Origin: Promethearchaeota archaeon
GTDB taxonomy: Archaea > Asgardarchaeota > Lokiarchaeia > Sigyniarchaeales > SOKP01
Direction: 5' to 3'
Assembly: GCA_016839555.1 (NCBI GenBank)
Contig: JAEOUA010000003.1
Location: 288,001 to 352,000, forward strand
Length of the DNA: 64,000 bases
A model generated the notes under the pieces. It saw only the letters and a list, made by a program, of their open reading frames with translations, did no database searches and was not told the origin of the DNA. Of this stretch, positions 50,199 to 60,746 are shown piece after piece. Within the stretch, counting starts at the first letter, position 1, and every line of letters starts with the position of its first letter. Position numbers and translations under genes: made by a program.

Positions 50199-50507
50199 TT
50201 AATTTATTTTAGATTTAAGATTTGTAAATTTTGCTACTTTTCTCCATCTAACATTTAACTGAGCATCAAAATAAATCAAAAGAGCATGAAATGGATATTT
50301 TTCAGATGAATGAATATGTAAATAATCAAACGGAAAGTTATTAATTTTAGAAAAGTCTATTCCTTCAAAATCGATATCTTTAACATATATCTTTTTTTCA
50401 CATAAAGGACACGTCGTTAAGAGTTTTTCAGACTTAATCTTAATTATAGAAGAATTATTCCCTTTCTCTATAATGATATCAGAAAAATTTAATTTAGATG
50501 AATTCAT
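50199..50507 (-). CDS. Small putative Zn-binding hypothetical protein (start uncertain; frame open to 50732)
   Basis: CPLC...FPFDYLHIH...HALLIYFD motif. Confidence 0.55.
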   Translation of the reverse strand: MNSSKLNFSDIIIEKGNNSSIIKIKSEKLLTTCPLCEKKIYVKDIDFEGIDFSKINNFPFDYLHIHSSEKYPFHALLIYFDAQLNVRWRKVAKFTNLKSKIN

Positions 50508-50855
50508 TTTCTTTTCTTCATTTTTTAGGCTATTGAATTGATCCGCTTTTCTATGTCGATAAAAATGTTTAAAATCTCCTAAAATTGATGCTTTTAACTT
50601 TTCTTTAGTTAAATATAATCCATTATTTAAAATATAGTGCCCAAAAAGAAATCCTTGTTTATAATATTCGAAAAAAAGGGCTTTTAATTTCTTAAAAAAA
50701 TTATTATCTTTATTTAATAATATTTCTTTCATACAAATTTGGATTAAAAAATATGTTTAAATATTACACATATATTCAAGATTGTAGTATTTTAGATTTA
50801 TTAAGATAATGATTTTAAAACAATTCAATCCTCTAAAAGAATTAGTTTTTTTGTG

Positions 50856-51989
50856 TCATTTTTTGTATTTCTTCAAAAAAGAATATGAAATAAAGGACAT
50901 AAATGAAATAGCCATAATTGCAATAAAATATATTAAAAGCATGGTTAATGGAAAGTTATAGAAAATAAAAGCCATTATTACAGTTAAAGCATTATATACG
51001 CCATGAGTAATAATTGGGGCTATTAAATTTTCGTTTCGCCAGTTAAATAAATATCCTAATAAAAGAGATATCAAAAGGTAAGGAATTAATAGAATAATAA
51101 AAGATAGAATGCTTGAAAGTGGGGAAGTTGTTATATCCCCAAAAACGGTTAATACATGAATCAGAGTAAAAATTATTGCCGTAATCCAGATTCCCTTTTT
51201 TTTATTATAACTTCTAACTAATCCCCGCTGCATAAATCCCCGAAATGCTATTTCTTCTGAAGGACCTATTACTACTATCATTATGATGGATAATAATATG
51301 ATTTCAAAGATATTTGTTGATATACCAAGGAGTTCTACATCAGAATTTGGGATTTGAGCGGGAATAATGCTTGAAATAGATAAAAAGGGACCAAATAAAA
51401 ACTCTAATAAAAGTGAAAGCAAATTAACTATAATAACACTTATTATAGCACATCCGATACCAAGTAGTGCTTCTTTTAATATAAAAAATTTATCTTCTTT
51501 ATTAGAATAAAGCCCTAAAAACTTAAATCTATTCTTCAAGGTAGGATTTTGAAGATATTGACCCACATATAAAACGGGAACAATCATAAATACTAGCTCA
51601 GTAAGGGAAATTATTGATATAAAAAGCGGGGATATAATAAGATTTAATAAGGAAAGCGAGATTAAACCTAAAAAAACTAATAAAATTATTATTACACCCA
51701 AAATTTGCCCCATAATAACTAAACTAATAAGTGGCCAAAAAATAGACGCTTTCGGTCTCCAGAATTCTCTCGTAGTATTTGTTATCTCCTCATCTTTTAA
51801 CTTATACTTATTAACTATTTGAAAAGAGGGAGGGGGCATTTTCTGTTTCGAAGGTATTGATTTCAATGATTTAAACTCTAATCCACATGATATGCAAAAA
51901 CGGATTTCTTTTTGAGATTCTGGAAGCCTTTCTCCACAGCGGGGACAAAAATTCCATTTTAATTCTTTATTTCTTGAATTATTGGACAA
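50856..51989 (-). CDS. CPBP (CAAX type II/Abi) intramembrane metalloprotease with an N-terminal Zn ribbon
   Basis: FCPRCG...FCISCG; EEIAFRG, FTLIH and HGVYN motifs. Confidence 0.9.
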   Translation of the reverse strand: MSNNSRNKELKWNFCPRCGERLPESQKEIRFCISCGLEFKSLKSIPSKQKMPPPSFQIVNKYKLKDEEITNTTREFWRPKASIFWPLISLVIMGQILGVIIILLVFLGLISLSLLNLIISPLFISIISLTELVFMIVPVLYVGQYLQNPTLKNRFKFLGLYSNKEDKFFILKEALLGIGCAIISVIIVNLLSLLLEFLFGPFLSISSIIPAQIPNSDVELLGISTNIFEIILLSIIMIVVIGPSEEIAFRGFMQRGLVRSYNKKKGIWITAIIFTLIHVLTVFGDITTSPLSSILSFIILLIPYLLISLLLGYLFNWRNENLIAPIITHGVYNALTVIMAFIFYNFPLTMLLIYFIAIMAISFMSFISYSFLKKYKK

Positions 51990-52064
51990 TTCTGTTCCTC
52001 TTAGTTATTTAAATTATAATATTAATATTGTTATAGTATTTTAAACCTTTATCTTATGAAAATT

Positions 52065-53846
52065 TCAATGTGTAAAATAACAAAAGAGTTCTTCCTTTTT
52101 AAGATCTTTTCTAATAGGATTCACAAATCCATAACGTTCGAATTGAATTGTCTTTTTCATAGGAATTTCTAGTAAATTATGTTCACCATATCCCTCAGAT
52201 ATAAAGCCATCAGGTTTTAATATTTTTACATGAATTTTACCATCATTTGGTACCCAATGTATTATAGGAAATTCCCTGTTTAATTCCTTGCTATGATATT
52301 GGGATTTGATTAAATTTTGAGATGAATTTATAGAGATAATTTTTATATTAAATAAATCCTTTAAACGAATTAAATCATTACTTTTTCTCTCTTTAGCATC
52401 AGCTTCTGCTATATATACTATCAATTGATTATTATTTATATTGCACTCAATTTTTCTTCTTCCTTTCCCCGGATTTGTCGGTAAGAGCAGAGGCTCTGCA
52501 ATTAATTTTTCAAAGGGAACATCATCAATGATAAGCTTAATGGGATTTTCCACAAAAAAATATCTATGTGAACTCTCATCTATTAATGCTTGATTCTTAG
52601 CATAAAGCCAATTAACTGAAAATGTGATACCTGACATAGACATTCCGAGATCTAATAATGTTTCTCTTAAAGCTTCTGGTAGAATGCCTCTTTTTTTGAG
52701 AGATTGAAGGCTCCAAGTCCGTGGATCATCCCATCCATCATATTCACCTTTTAATATTTTATTTCGAGTATTAGTTTTACTTAATTTCATATTTGGAAAA
52801 TTTATTCTTCCATAATGAAGAAACTGCGCCTTTTTCCACTTAAAATGAGTCCAAATGAAATCTTCAATATAATCTTCTTTAATAAGATCAGTACCTCTTA
52901 AGATATGAGTTACTCCTATTAAATAATCGTCAATAGCCCAAGAAAATTCTAACATTGGCCAAACAGTATATCTCGTATATACTCGTGGATGTGATGCTTC
53001 TGAAATTCTCATAATGATTTGGTCTCTCAATGCAGGGTCTTTATGATCCATACCAGTTTTTAATCTAACTATAGCCTCAGTTTCATGATATTCTCTATTA
53101 AGCATTTTTTCCCACTCCTCTAAATTCTTTTCAACTGTATGATTTCGGTGGGGACATTGTTTTTTATGTTTAATATATTTTTCTTTAAACTCCTCTGCAG
53201 AGCAAGAACACACATATGCCATATTATCCTCAATTAGTTGTTTACAATATTTATAATAATATTGCAATCTATCGCTTTTATAATATACTTTTGAATATTT
53301 AACTCCCAACCATTCCAAACCCTCCTTAATTAAATCATATGCTTCTGGGAGAACATATTTTGCTTTTTCTGGTTCCTGTTCTCTTAAAAGTTTAGAACTT
53401 CCAATAGTATCATCGAAAAAAAGTATAAGTTTACCATTATATCTCTTCGTATATTGATCGTTAAGCACAACCATACGTGCATTCCCAATATGTAAGGCTC
53501 CACTGGGATAAGGAGCTAATCTCATTATAACTTTCTCATAATTATTAACATTAGGCAGTTCAGGAAGTTCTTTTTTTTCCTCTTGAGTTTCTTCCTCTTT
53601 AAATGCATCAGGGTCTAACTTTAATAATTTCTTTCTTTGCTCTTCTAATTCAAGCTTTGAGATTTTTTCCACTATTTTATCTAGAATAGGCATAATTTCC
53701 TTTGCATAAGGTCTTAAGTCTTTTCTCTTCCCCATTAATTTTCCCATTATCGCTTTTTTATTTGGATTCCCTTCAAATTCTACTGCATTTTTCAATCCAT
53801 TTATCCAGAGTATTTTTTCTATTTCTTTTATTTTGCTGTCGTCCAA
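52065..53846 (-). CDS. gltX: Glutamate--tRNA ligase (archaeal type)
   Basis: RLAPYPSGALHIGN, GVTHILRG, KLSKT, GWDDPR and QFERYGF motifs. Confidence 0.96.
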   Translation of the reverse strand: MDDSKIKEIEKILWINGLKNAVEFEGNPNKKAIMGKLMGKRKDLRPYAKEIMPILDKIVEKISKLELEEQRKKLLKLDPDAFKEEETQEEKKELPELPNVNNYEKVIMRLAPYPSGALHIGNARMVVLNDQYTKRYNGKLILFFDDTIGSSKLLREQEPEKAKYVLPEAYDLIKEGLEWLGVKYSKVYYKSDRLQYYYKYCKQLIEDNMAYVCSCSAEEFKEKYIKHKKQCPHRNHTVEKNLEEWEKMLNREYHETEAIVRLKTGMDHKDPALRDQIIMRISEASHPRVYTRYTVWPMLEFSWAIDDYLIGVTHILRGTDLIKEDYIEDFIWTHFKWKKAQFLHYGRINFPNMKLSKTNTRNKILKGEYDGWDDPRTWSLQSLKKRGILPEALRETLLDLGMSMSGITFSVNWLYAKNQALIDESSHRYFFVENPIKLIIDDVPFEKLIAEPLLLPTNPGKGRRKIECNINNNQLIVYIAEADAKERKSNDLIRLKDLFNIKIISINSSQNLIKSQYHSKELNREFPIIHWVPNDGKIHVKILKPDGFISEGYGEHNLLEIPMKKTIQFERYGFVNPIRKDLKKEELFCYFTH

Positions 53847-54090
53847 TTGAAAATCCTCTTTAGATTTGTGATGAGGGTAAAAAATTATAAAATTATACTA
53901 AAAAAAATGTTTTGTATCAAAAAATCATTTTTATTCCTTAAATACTATAGAGATTCATAATATCTAATTGTTCTTGAAGCAAATTAAATTAAATGCTTTT
54001 TATATATTTAAATACGGATTAAATAATGAATTAGAATTATTATATCATTAAAAAATAAAAAGAAAATTCTTCAAAATAAAAAAGGATGAT

Positions 54091-54378
54091 TTACATTTCA
54101 AAATCATCTTTAGTACCCATGAGGGTGGTTGTTTCCTCGATCCAATTTGATAATTCATCATCCGTCCTGCAGTAAGTCACTATCTTATCCAATTCATTCA
54201 AATTTGTAAATGCACATTCCACAATTACATCCCAACCACCATATATCGCAGTTGCATAGGTTACCTTCCAATCCTCACCTTGTTCTTTTGAAGTTAACCC
54301 ATTTAATTTTTCTACAACTTTCCATTCCTTACCTACTATTTTTAACCGTACTAAAATATATCCTCTATAATAGCCCAA
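54091..54378 (-). CDS. Lrp/AsnC ligand-binding (RAM) domain protein
   Basis: GYILV..., IYGGWDVIVE and IEETTTL motifs; no HTH domain. Confidence 0.8.
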   Translation of the reverse strand: MGYYRGYILVRLKIVGKEWKVVEKLNGLTSKEQGEDWKVTYATAIYGGWDVIVECAFTNLNELDKIVTYCRTDDELSNWIEETTTLMGTKDDFEM

Positions 54379-54484
54379 GTATTACCACTTCTTTATATTT
54401 GTTTTATTTATATTTCTCGATAAATTTACATTATATAGAATATTATTTTGATTTTTAATATACCTTACCTAGATATTAGGGATA

Positions 54485-55111
54485 ATGATTACTAATTTAA
54501 AGAAAGCATTAGAAGCATATTTTTTTAAAGAGAGTAGATTAAATAAAGAATTAATTAATAGCTTGTCAAAAATCTTATATCATTGTTCCAAAAAGAAAAA
54601 AATTACTTTTGAAGAAATAAAAGTATTAAATGAAGGAGATATTACGGATCTTATATTTTTTATAAACGAAAAAAAATTATTAATCCCAAGAAAAACATTT
54701 AGTGGGACTATGGAGTGGGACGATACATTTTTTTTAAATAATTCTAATGAAATTTATGAAATTCCTAATATTATAAAGCAGATGATAAGAGAAGCAATAA
54801 ATTCGGGATTATGGAACCCCGAAAAAGTAATCATAAAATTATTTAAAAAAATTGGAGAAAAAGACTATGAAAAGATGCCTACTCTAATTAAGACGTTATA
54901 TCAGTATTCTAAGAATTATCAAATATATGGATCTCAAATTAAAAGTAAATGTGATGACATGCTTTTAGGTGATAAAGTAAATTCAATCATATCAGAACTA
55001 AAGGGAACAGGAATAATGAGTCCGAAATTAAGTAGTTCTTTTTTTCACTCTATTCAGCAGAAGTCCCCCATATATGAATTAAATCCCTCTATATTTAAAA
55101 AAGAAAAATAA
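54485..55111 (+). CDS. Hypothetical protein (possible winged-helix repeats)
   Basis: 208-aa ORF; ISELKGTGIMSP...YELNPS. Confidence 0.7.
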   Translation: MITNLKKALEAYFFKESRLNKELINSLSKILYHCSKKKKITFEEIKVLNEGDITDLIFFINEKKLLIPRKTFSGTMEWDDTFFLNNSNEIYEIPNIIKQMIREAINSGLWNPEKVIIKLFKKIGEKDYEKMPTLIKTLYQYSKNYQIYGSQIKSKCDDMLLGDKVNSIISELKGTGIMSPKLSSSFFHSIQQKSPIYELNPSIFKKEK

Positions 55112-55119
55112 AAAAAATT

Positions 55120-56229
55120 ATGAAAGAAATAACGAAAGAAGAATATTATAATAAAGTCTATGGCTCATGGTTAGGCAGGATTTCGGGAGATTTTGTGGGA
55201 TATCCTCTAGAATTTCACCCTTATAAGTTCATTGTAAAAAAGTATGGAAATGATTTAGATTACTACCCTAAAGAGATTAACTTAGATTATGTAAATGATG
55301 ATGAAATGTATGAAATTGTGGCCTTAATCGCCTTTGAAAAATATGGTTTAGATTTAACTGCCAAAGAGATTTCTCAAGAGTGGTTAAATCTACTATATAA
55401 AAAGAATTTTACAGCGGAAGCAATTGCTCTCAAAAATTTAAGAAAAGGGATTTGGCCGCCAGAATCGGCCACTTATAATAATATCTGGTATGATGCGATT
55501 GGAGCTCAGATGCGAGCAGATATTTTCGGACAAATAGCTCCGGGTTGTCCAGATATTGCAAAATATTATGCAGAAATTGATGGTTCCATCTCACATTCGG
55601 GAATTGGCATTGAGGGCGAAGTTTATATCGCCGTTATGCTCTCTAATGCGTTCTTTGAAACAGACATTCGTAAAAATATTCATTATTCTCTTAATTATAT
55701 CCTCTCTGCTACGGAAAGTATTTATGCTGAAATGATACTCAAGGCAATCGACATCTATGAAAAGAATGAGGATAATTTTCGAGACGCAAGGGATGAATTG
55801 ATAAACTATTGGCATTATATTAGAAAGAAAAAGATAAAATCAAAAGATAGATTCATGGGGAAACGCAGAGTCAAATTTCTGAATAAATACATTTCCGCTG
55901 TACATGTACTTCCTAATATTGGAATCATTATTCTTTCGCTTCTTTATGGCGCTGAAAATGAAAAAGATACCCTTGGAAAGTCAATTTGTACCGCAGCGAT
56001 GATGGGACTTGATACTGATTGTAATTGTGGAAATATTGGCGCAATTATTGGTGCACAACTTGGAGCAGATAAAATTCCCTCAAAATGGAAAGCGCCCTTA
56101 AGAAATAGTTTTTCAACGTATGTGAAAGGCTATGAAAAATGGAAAATAACCGATTTGGCAAAAAGAATATGGAATATGGGACTTAAAGTGGTGGAACAAA
56201 AGGGAAAAAACTGCGTTAGGATCAATTAA
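55120..56229 (+). CDS. ADP-ribosylglycohydrolase family protein
   Basis: GSWLG...GD..G.PLE, NDD, IGAQMRAD, SH and G.DTDCN...GAIIG motifs. Confidence 0.9.
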   Translation: MKEITKEEYYNKVYGSWLGRISGDFVGYPLEFHPYKFIVKKYGNDLDYYPKEINLDYVNDDEMYEIVALIAFEKYGLDLTAKEISQEWLNLLYKKNFTAEAIALKNLRKGIWPPESATYNNIWYDAIGAQMRADIFGQIAPGCPDIAKYYAEIDGSISHSGIGIEGEVYIAVMLSNAFFETDIRKNIHYSLNYILSATESIYAEMILKAIDIYEKNEDNFRDARDELINYWHYIRKKKIKSKDRFMGKRRVKFLNKYISAVHVLPNIGIIILSLLYGAENEKDTLGKSICTAAMMGLDTDCNCGNIGAIIGAQLGADKIPSKWKAPLRNSFSTYVKGYEKWKITDLAKRIWNMGLKVVEQKGKNCVRIN

Positions 56230-56313
56230 AAGAAATATTCTAATATGAAAAATTTAAAAATATTCTGATTTAATAATAGATTTAATAGTTAGTGAGCGTT
56301 TTTTTAATATAAG

Positions 56314-56967
56314 TTAAGCTTTTATTATTTTTTTTATATCCTTAAAATTTATTTTTGATAAATCTTCTAAAATTAAATCCGCATTCTTAAGTTCATCTTT
56401 TTTATGAGTGGTTGTTAGAGCGATTGTTTTCATACCCGCACTTTTGGCAGCTTCAATACCAACGGGAGCATCTTCAATAACGACGCATCTCTCTGAAATT
56501 AGCTGAAAATAATTTTTTATTTTTTTAAATACTTCTGGATCTGGTTTTCCTTTCTGAACATCATCGCCTGTTATAATGAAATCAAAATATTTTTTTATTT
56601 TTAAACTATTTAATAAAAGATCAACATTTTCAGGTGGCCCGCTTGATCCGACAGCTAGTTTAAAGTTATTCTTTTTTAAATCTTTAATAAGGGAAATTAC
56701 TCCAGGGAGGGGTTTTATTTTGTCTTTTACCATCTCGCGGTAATATTTTTCTTTTAAATCGGCCCATTCTTTAATTTTTGATTCTTCAGTATTTTTTCCA
56801 ACCAATTTCCTCGTAATCGGAACGCTTTTTTGACCGAATGACTTCTCAAAGAACTCTTTTGTAAATTCTACTCCAATCTTTTTGGCAAGCTTCTTCCAAC
56901 TAGCAAAATGAATAGGACCTGTGTCAGCAAGTACCCCATCCATATCAAATATTACGCATTCAGACAT
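56314..56967 (-). CDS. HAD family phosphatase (beta-phosphoglucomutase-like)
   Basis: FDMDGV, SSG, GKPDPE and IEDA..GIEAA motifs. Confidence 0.92.
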   Translation of the reverse strand: MSECVIFDMDGVLADTGPIHFASWKKLAKKIGVEFTKEFFEKSFGQKSVPITRKLVGKNTEESKIKEWADLKEKYYREMVKDKIKPLPGVISLIKDLKKNNFKLAVGSSGPPENVDLLLNSLKIKKYFDFIITGDDVQKGKPDPEVFKKIKNYFQLISERCVVIEDAPVGIEAAKSAGMKTIALTTTHKKDELKNADLILEDLSKINFKDIKKIIKA

Positions 56968-57054
56968 AATTTTAACAACTATATTTAATTATTCTCAATT
57001 ATCTGTAAATAAAATATTTTAAGAATTGATCATAAAGAATAATTATTAATATAT

Positions 57055-57163
57055 GACCCTGTGGTCCAGTTGGATAGGGCGCTGGCTTGCGGATTGCGAG
57101 GGATTATGTCCCCCTCGTTTAGCAGAAAGCCAGAAATCGGGGGTTCAAGTCCCTCCAGGGTCG
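57055..57163 (+). tRNA. tRNA-Arg(GCG) with a 35-nt intron at 37/38 (57093-57127); CCA not encoded
   Basis: Acceptor GACCCTG/CAGGGTC, anticodon stem CTGGC/GCCAG, anticodon GCG at 57089-57091, T arm GGGGG-TTCAAGT-CCCTC, BHB motif (TTGC/GCAG with 3-nt bulges). Confidence 0.95.
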
Positions 57164-57343
57164 CTTTATCCTATTCTTAATTTTTAAATTAATTTTTATT
57201 TATTATTGAATATATTATTAATTTAAATAGATAATTACAAAACTAAATAAAATCCTAGAATAAGCTTAAATATATGATTTTCTTTAAAAAACATGAGAGC
57301 GTTCTATAAAAGATATAAAGAAAACTTTAAGAGATGAATTATA

Positions 57344-57949
57344 ATTAGTTTAATAGAGAGGATCAAAAAGAATTGGTTTTGGATTTGTGTTATTGAACTT
57401 ATTATCTTTATTCCTTTTAATTGGATTTTGTTTTTTTTGGATATTCTCCCTCTAAATGCGGCGATTATGACCCTCTTTTTTCCTTTAGTATTAGTAGTCC
57501 CATATTACCTGGAAAAACAAGAGCATCAAAAATATGTCACTAAACTAACTAAATTAGTATATCTTCTTGGGGGTATTTTTGTTATTGGAGGAATAATTTG
57601 GTTTGCTATTATGTTTATTTTAAGGATAATTAATATTTTGGATACAGAGGCAAAGGGGTTTAATTTATGGTTTATATTTTCTATTATATTTTCATATGGA
57701 TTAGGTGCATTTATATCATATCTGATAGGGAAAAAAAGAAATTGGAGACCTCCAAAAAGGTTTGTCGTGGAGATCAGTGGTCAATTTAAAGATGAAACAG
57801 AAGATAAAATTTTAATAAAAATCTCATCAGACCAAGAAATGTGGATTCAAAAATTAAATGTATATTCTAAATATAAGAAAGAGGAAAATATCACTCAAAC
57901 TTTTCTAATTAATATTTGGGAGCTTACTAAAGAAAATACCAATAGCTAA
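57344..57949 (+). CDS. Hypothetical membrane protein; probable ATT start at 57344 (ORF-track start TTG 57428)
   Basis: The frame is open 28 codons upstream, adding a basic N-terminus and a TM helix (SLIERIKKNWFWICVIELIIFIPFNWI). Confidence 0.6.
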   Translation: MSLIERIKKNWFWICVIELIIFIPFNWILFFLDILPLNAAIMTLFFPLVLVVPYYLEKQEHQKYVTKLTKLVYLLGGIFVIGGIIWFAIMFILRIINILDTEAKGFNLWFIFSIIFSYGLGAFISYLIGKKRNWRPPKRFVVEISGQFKDETEDKILIKISSDQEMWIQKLNVYSKYKKEENITQTFLINIWELTKENTNS

Positions 57950-58026
57950 AATTTAATAAATTTCTAAAAAAACTAGATAAGTAAATACAGTGATCTTATT
58001 TTTCTGCTTAATTCTGTGTTTTAAAT

Positions 58027-58776
58027 CTATATGATATTTAAAATTTCGGATATTTCTTGTATTTTGTTTATATTCTGTAAAGGGATTTCCTTTTCATAGG
58101 GGAATTTATATTTTCTTTCAAAAAGAAGTATCTGAAGTCCTGCACGATGCGCCCCCATAATATCGGCATATTCATCACCGCACATTATAATATTTTTTTT
58201 ATCTTGTTCTTTAAATCCCATTTTCTCGACTGTGTAATTGAATATTTCAATATGAGGTTTTCTTTTTCCGAATAAAGCTGATGTAATAACCATATCAAAA
58301 TATTGTAATAATTTATGCTTTTGGACTAAATTTTTGATAGTGTCGTGATGCGGATGATTAGATAAAAGAGCCAGCTTTAAATCCGGAATTTTAGATAATT
58401 CTTTTAAAGTGGTTGCTGTTTTTTGGAAAGGAACCCACTCTTCTGCTTCGCATGAATGATATATGGTCGTGAGTTCATCAAGCAGAATTTCATCAATTTC
58501 TTCAATATTCATATATTCAAATACTTGTTTAAAAATTAACGATGTAGGATATTCCTCATTGGTTTTCATACTATCTCGAAAATAGCGTGTTCTTAGTGTA
58601 TTAAACTTGTTCATGAACTTTTGAGTTTCAGATGTTTGCTTTAATATTCCCATTCCATTCAAAACTTCAACTGCTTTTTTGAGACCTATTTTATAGCAAT
58701 TTAAATATTTTTCAAGGGAAACATCATTAAAATAAAATAAGGTGAAGCCAAAATCAAAAATGATTCCTCTGATCAT
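58027..58776 (-). CDS. HAD superfamily hydrolase
   Basis: IIFDFGFTL, LSN, RKP..EIF and GDEYADIMGA motifs; ATG at 58776. Confidence 0.88.
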   Translation of the reverse strand: MIRGIIFDFGFTLFYFNDVSLEKYLNCYKIGLKKAVEVLNGMGILKQTSETQKFMNKFNTLRTRYFRDSMKTNEEYPTSLIFKQVFEYMNIEEIDEILLDELTTIYHSCEAEEWVPFQKTATTLKELSKIPDLKLALLSNHPHHDTIKNLVQKHKLLQYFDMVITSALFGKRKPHIEIFNYTVEKMGFKEQDKKNIIMCGDEYADIMGAHRAGLQILLFERKYKFPYEKEIPLQNINKIQEISEILNII

Positions 58777-58979
58777 TCCAATAATATTAAGGATTTTCAA
58801 TAATTTTAATCTTTCTTAATCAGTAAATAATTCACCCCTATAAATATAATAAAAAATAAAATTCTTAATTTATTAAAAGAGAGAATTTTAGTAAGAAAAT
58901 GATAAATTAAGGAGTATTAAAATAATACTTGAATTGACAGAAATTTTTTTATTAAAAATAACAAAATTATCTATTTATT

Positions 58980-59513
58980 ATGACCATAGAGAAATGGCTT
59001 TCAGAAAATAAAAATTGGCAAGAAAATCAGAAAAGGAGGAAGGAAGAACAAGAACGAGAAAAAATTCAACTCAGAAAAACAATAATCAACGATTTAGTGG
59101 AAAAAAAGCAAAGAAAATCTTCTCAAAAAGCAAGGGACTCTAAAAAGAAGGATTATTTTCTAAGAAAAATCACTGAGTTTAAAAACTGGTTAAACGCCCG
59201 AACCTATCTTCAAGGAGATAAACCTAAAATTGAGACTTGGATCTCCAATCTATATCGAATTTTAGAAGAGCAACAAAAATCAAATCTGATAAAGGATAAA
59301 AATGAGAATAAAGATAAGTTAATAGAGAAATTTCGCAAAATTCATCCGCGATTTTTGGATGAAAAAACCCGTATAGCAATTATTAAAAAGCTCCAGGGTA
59401 AAGATCTAACAAGCTCCGATCAATATTATTTAAGGAAACTTAAAAAACAAATTGAACAAAAATTAAAAGATTTGTATAATTATCAATTGTTAAGAGATAT
59501 CTTAGAGATATAA
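58980..59513 (+). CDS. Hypothetical charged helical protein
   Basis: 177-aa ATG ORF, co-oriented with the downstream gene. Confidence 0.65.
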   Translation: MTIEKWLSENKNWQENQKRRKEEQEREKIQLRKTIINDLVEKKQRKSSQKARDSKKKDYFLRKITEFKNWLNARTYLQGDKPKIETWISNLYRILEEQQKSNLIKDKNENKDKLIEKFRKIHPRFLDEKTRIAIIKKLQGKDLTSSDQYYLRKLKKQIEQKLKDLYNYQLLRDILEI

Positions 59514-59552
59514 AATAATAAAATTAAGAGAAACAATAAATAAAGAAAATTT

Positions 59553-60659
59553 ATGCATATCATATTTCCTATAGCGGGGGTTGGTTCTCGGCTTCAACCC
59601 TTTACCTTTTCAAAACCGAAAGCATTTATAAAAATTGCGGGAAAAAGATTAATTGATCATATTCTTATTAAATTAAAGAAAAATTTTCCTGAAGGTACAA
59701 ATATTCTTTTTATAGTAGGATATATGAAGCGCCAAATAACGGATTATCTACGAAAAAATTATTCCGATTATTTTAATATACAATTTCAGGAGCAGAAGCC
59801 TTTAGGATATCAAGATGAAACCCCATATTTCTCAGGGCTGGGCGATGCAATTTTGCTAGCAAAAGAGAGTGTTAAGGACGATGATATTTTTATCTGTTTA
59901 AGCGACAGATTACCAATAAATGATTATTCTTCACTTTTAATCAATTATCATCAACAAAAATGTGATGGAATGATTAACACTAAGAAGGTTGATAATCCGC
60001 AATTTTATGGAGTAACAATAGTAGATAAACAAGGATTTCTTAAGGATATAGTTGAAAAACCTAAAGATTTTATTTCAGACTTAGCAGTGTCAGGAGCCTA
60101 TATTTTTAGCAAAAAAGTCACATTACGACTGTTTCAACTTCTTGAGGAACAGAGTAAAATCGAATTAGAAAACGGACAAGAACATCAATTTACTCCTATA
60201 ATTAAGAAATTATTGGAAGAGGGAAAAAAAATAAAAATAAACGAAATGAAATCAGAAATCTTAGATTTTGGCAGACCAGAAACACTTTTAGAAGGAAATA
60301 GATACCTTTTATCTGAGACTAAGATTGAAAATCCCTTATATGAACATTTAATTCAATCAGATAATATCATTGACTCTAAGATTATTCCTCCTGTTTTTAT
60401 TGGTAAAGATGTTAAAATTAAAGATTCTATTATTGGTCCTAATGTTTCAATAGGAAACAATACAAAAATTGTTAAAAGTATTTTATCTGAGTTTGTGATT
60501 GGTGATGGAAGTCATCTCGAAAAGATCATTTCAAGCAATAGCATTCTTGGAGATTACGTTACTTTACAGGATTTGATTAAAAATGGTATAACTATTGGGG
60601 ATTCAACATTTATCCATACCACAATCACCAGAGAAACATATAATAATTCTCACATCTAA
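59553..60659 (+). CDS. Sugar-phosphate nucleotidyltransferase (glucose-1-phosphate thymidylyltransferase-like, with a left-handed beta-helix tail)
   Basis: AGVGSRLQPFT...PK, GLGDAI, YGV, VEKP and DFG motifs; hexapeptide repeats. Confidence 0.9.
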   Translation: MHIIFPIAGVGSRLQPFTFSKPKAFIKIAGKRLIDHILIKLKKNFPEGTNILFIVGYMKRQITDYLRKNYSDYFNIQFQEQKPLGYQDETPYFSGLGDAILLAKESVKDDDIFICLSDRLPINDYSSLLINYHQQKCDGMINTKKVDNPQFYGVTIVDKQGFLKDIVEKPKDFISDLAVSGAYIFSKKVTLRLFQLLEEQSKIELENGQEHQFTPIIKKLLEEGKKIKINEMKSEILDFGRPETLLEGNRYLLSETKIENPLYEHLIQSDNIIDSKIIPPVFIGKDVKIKDSIIGPNVSIGNNTKIVKSILSEFVIGDGSHLEKIISSNSILGDYVTLQDLIKNGITIGDSTFIHTTITRETYNNSHI

Positions 60660-60693
60660 TTTTAACACTCACGCAGAGCTTTGTTCTTAAAGT

Positions 60694-60719
60694 TTTTTAA
60701 CAAAGAAATTTGTTAAAAA
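60694..60719. terminator. 11-bp hairpin with a GAAA loop between convergent genes
   Basis: TTTTTAACAAA-GAAA-TTTGTTAAAAA. Confidence 0.5.
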
Positions 60720-60746
60720 GAGATTAATTGGTCCTAATAAATAGTA

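Noticed and set aside
57055-58000. Integrated element at the tRNA-Arg
   Set aside because: No integrase and no duplicated tRNA 3' end noticed in the window
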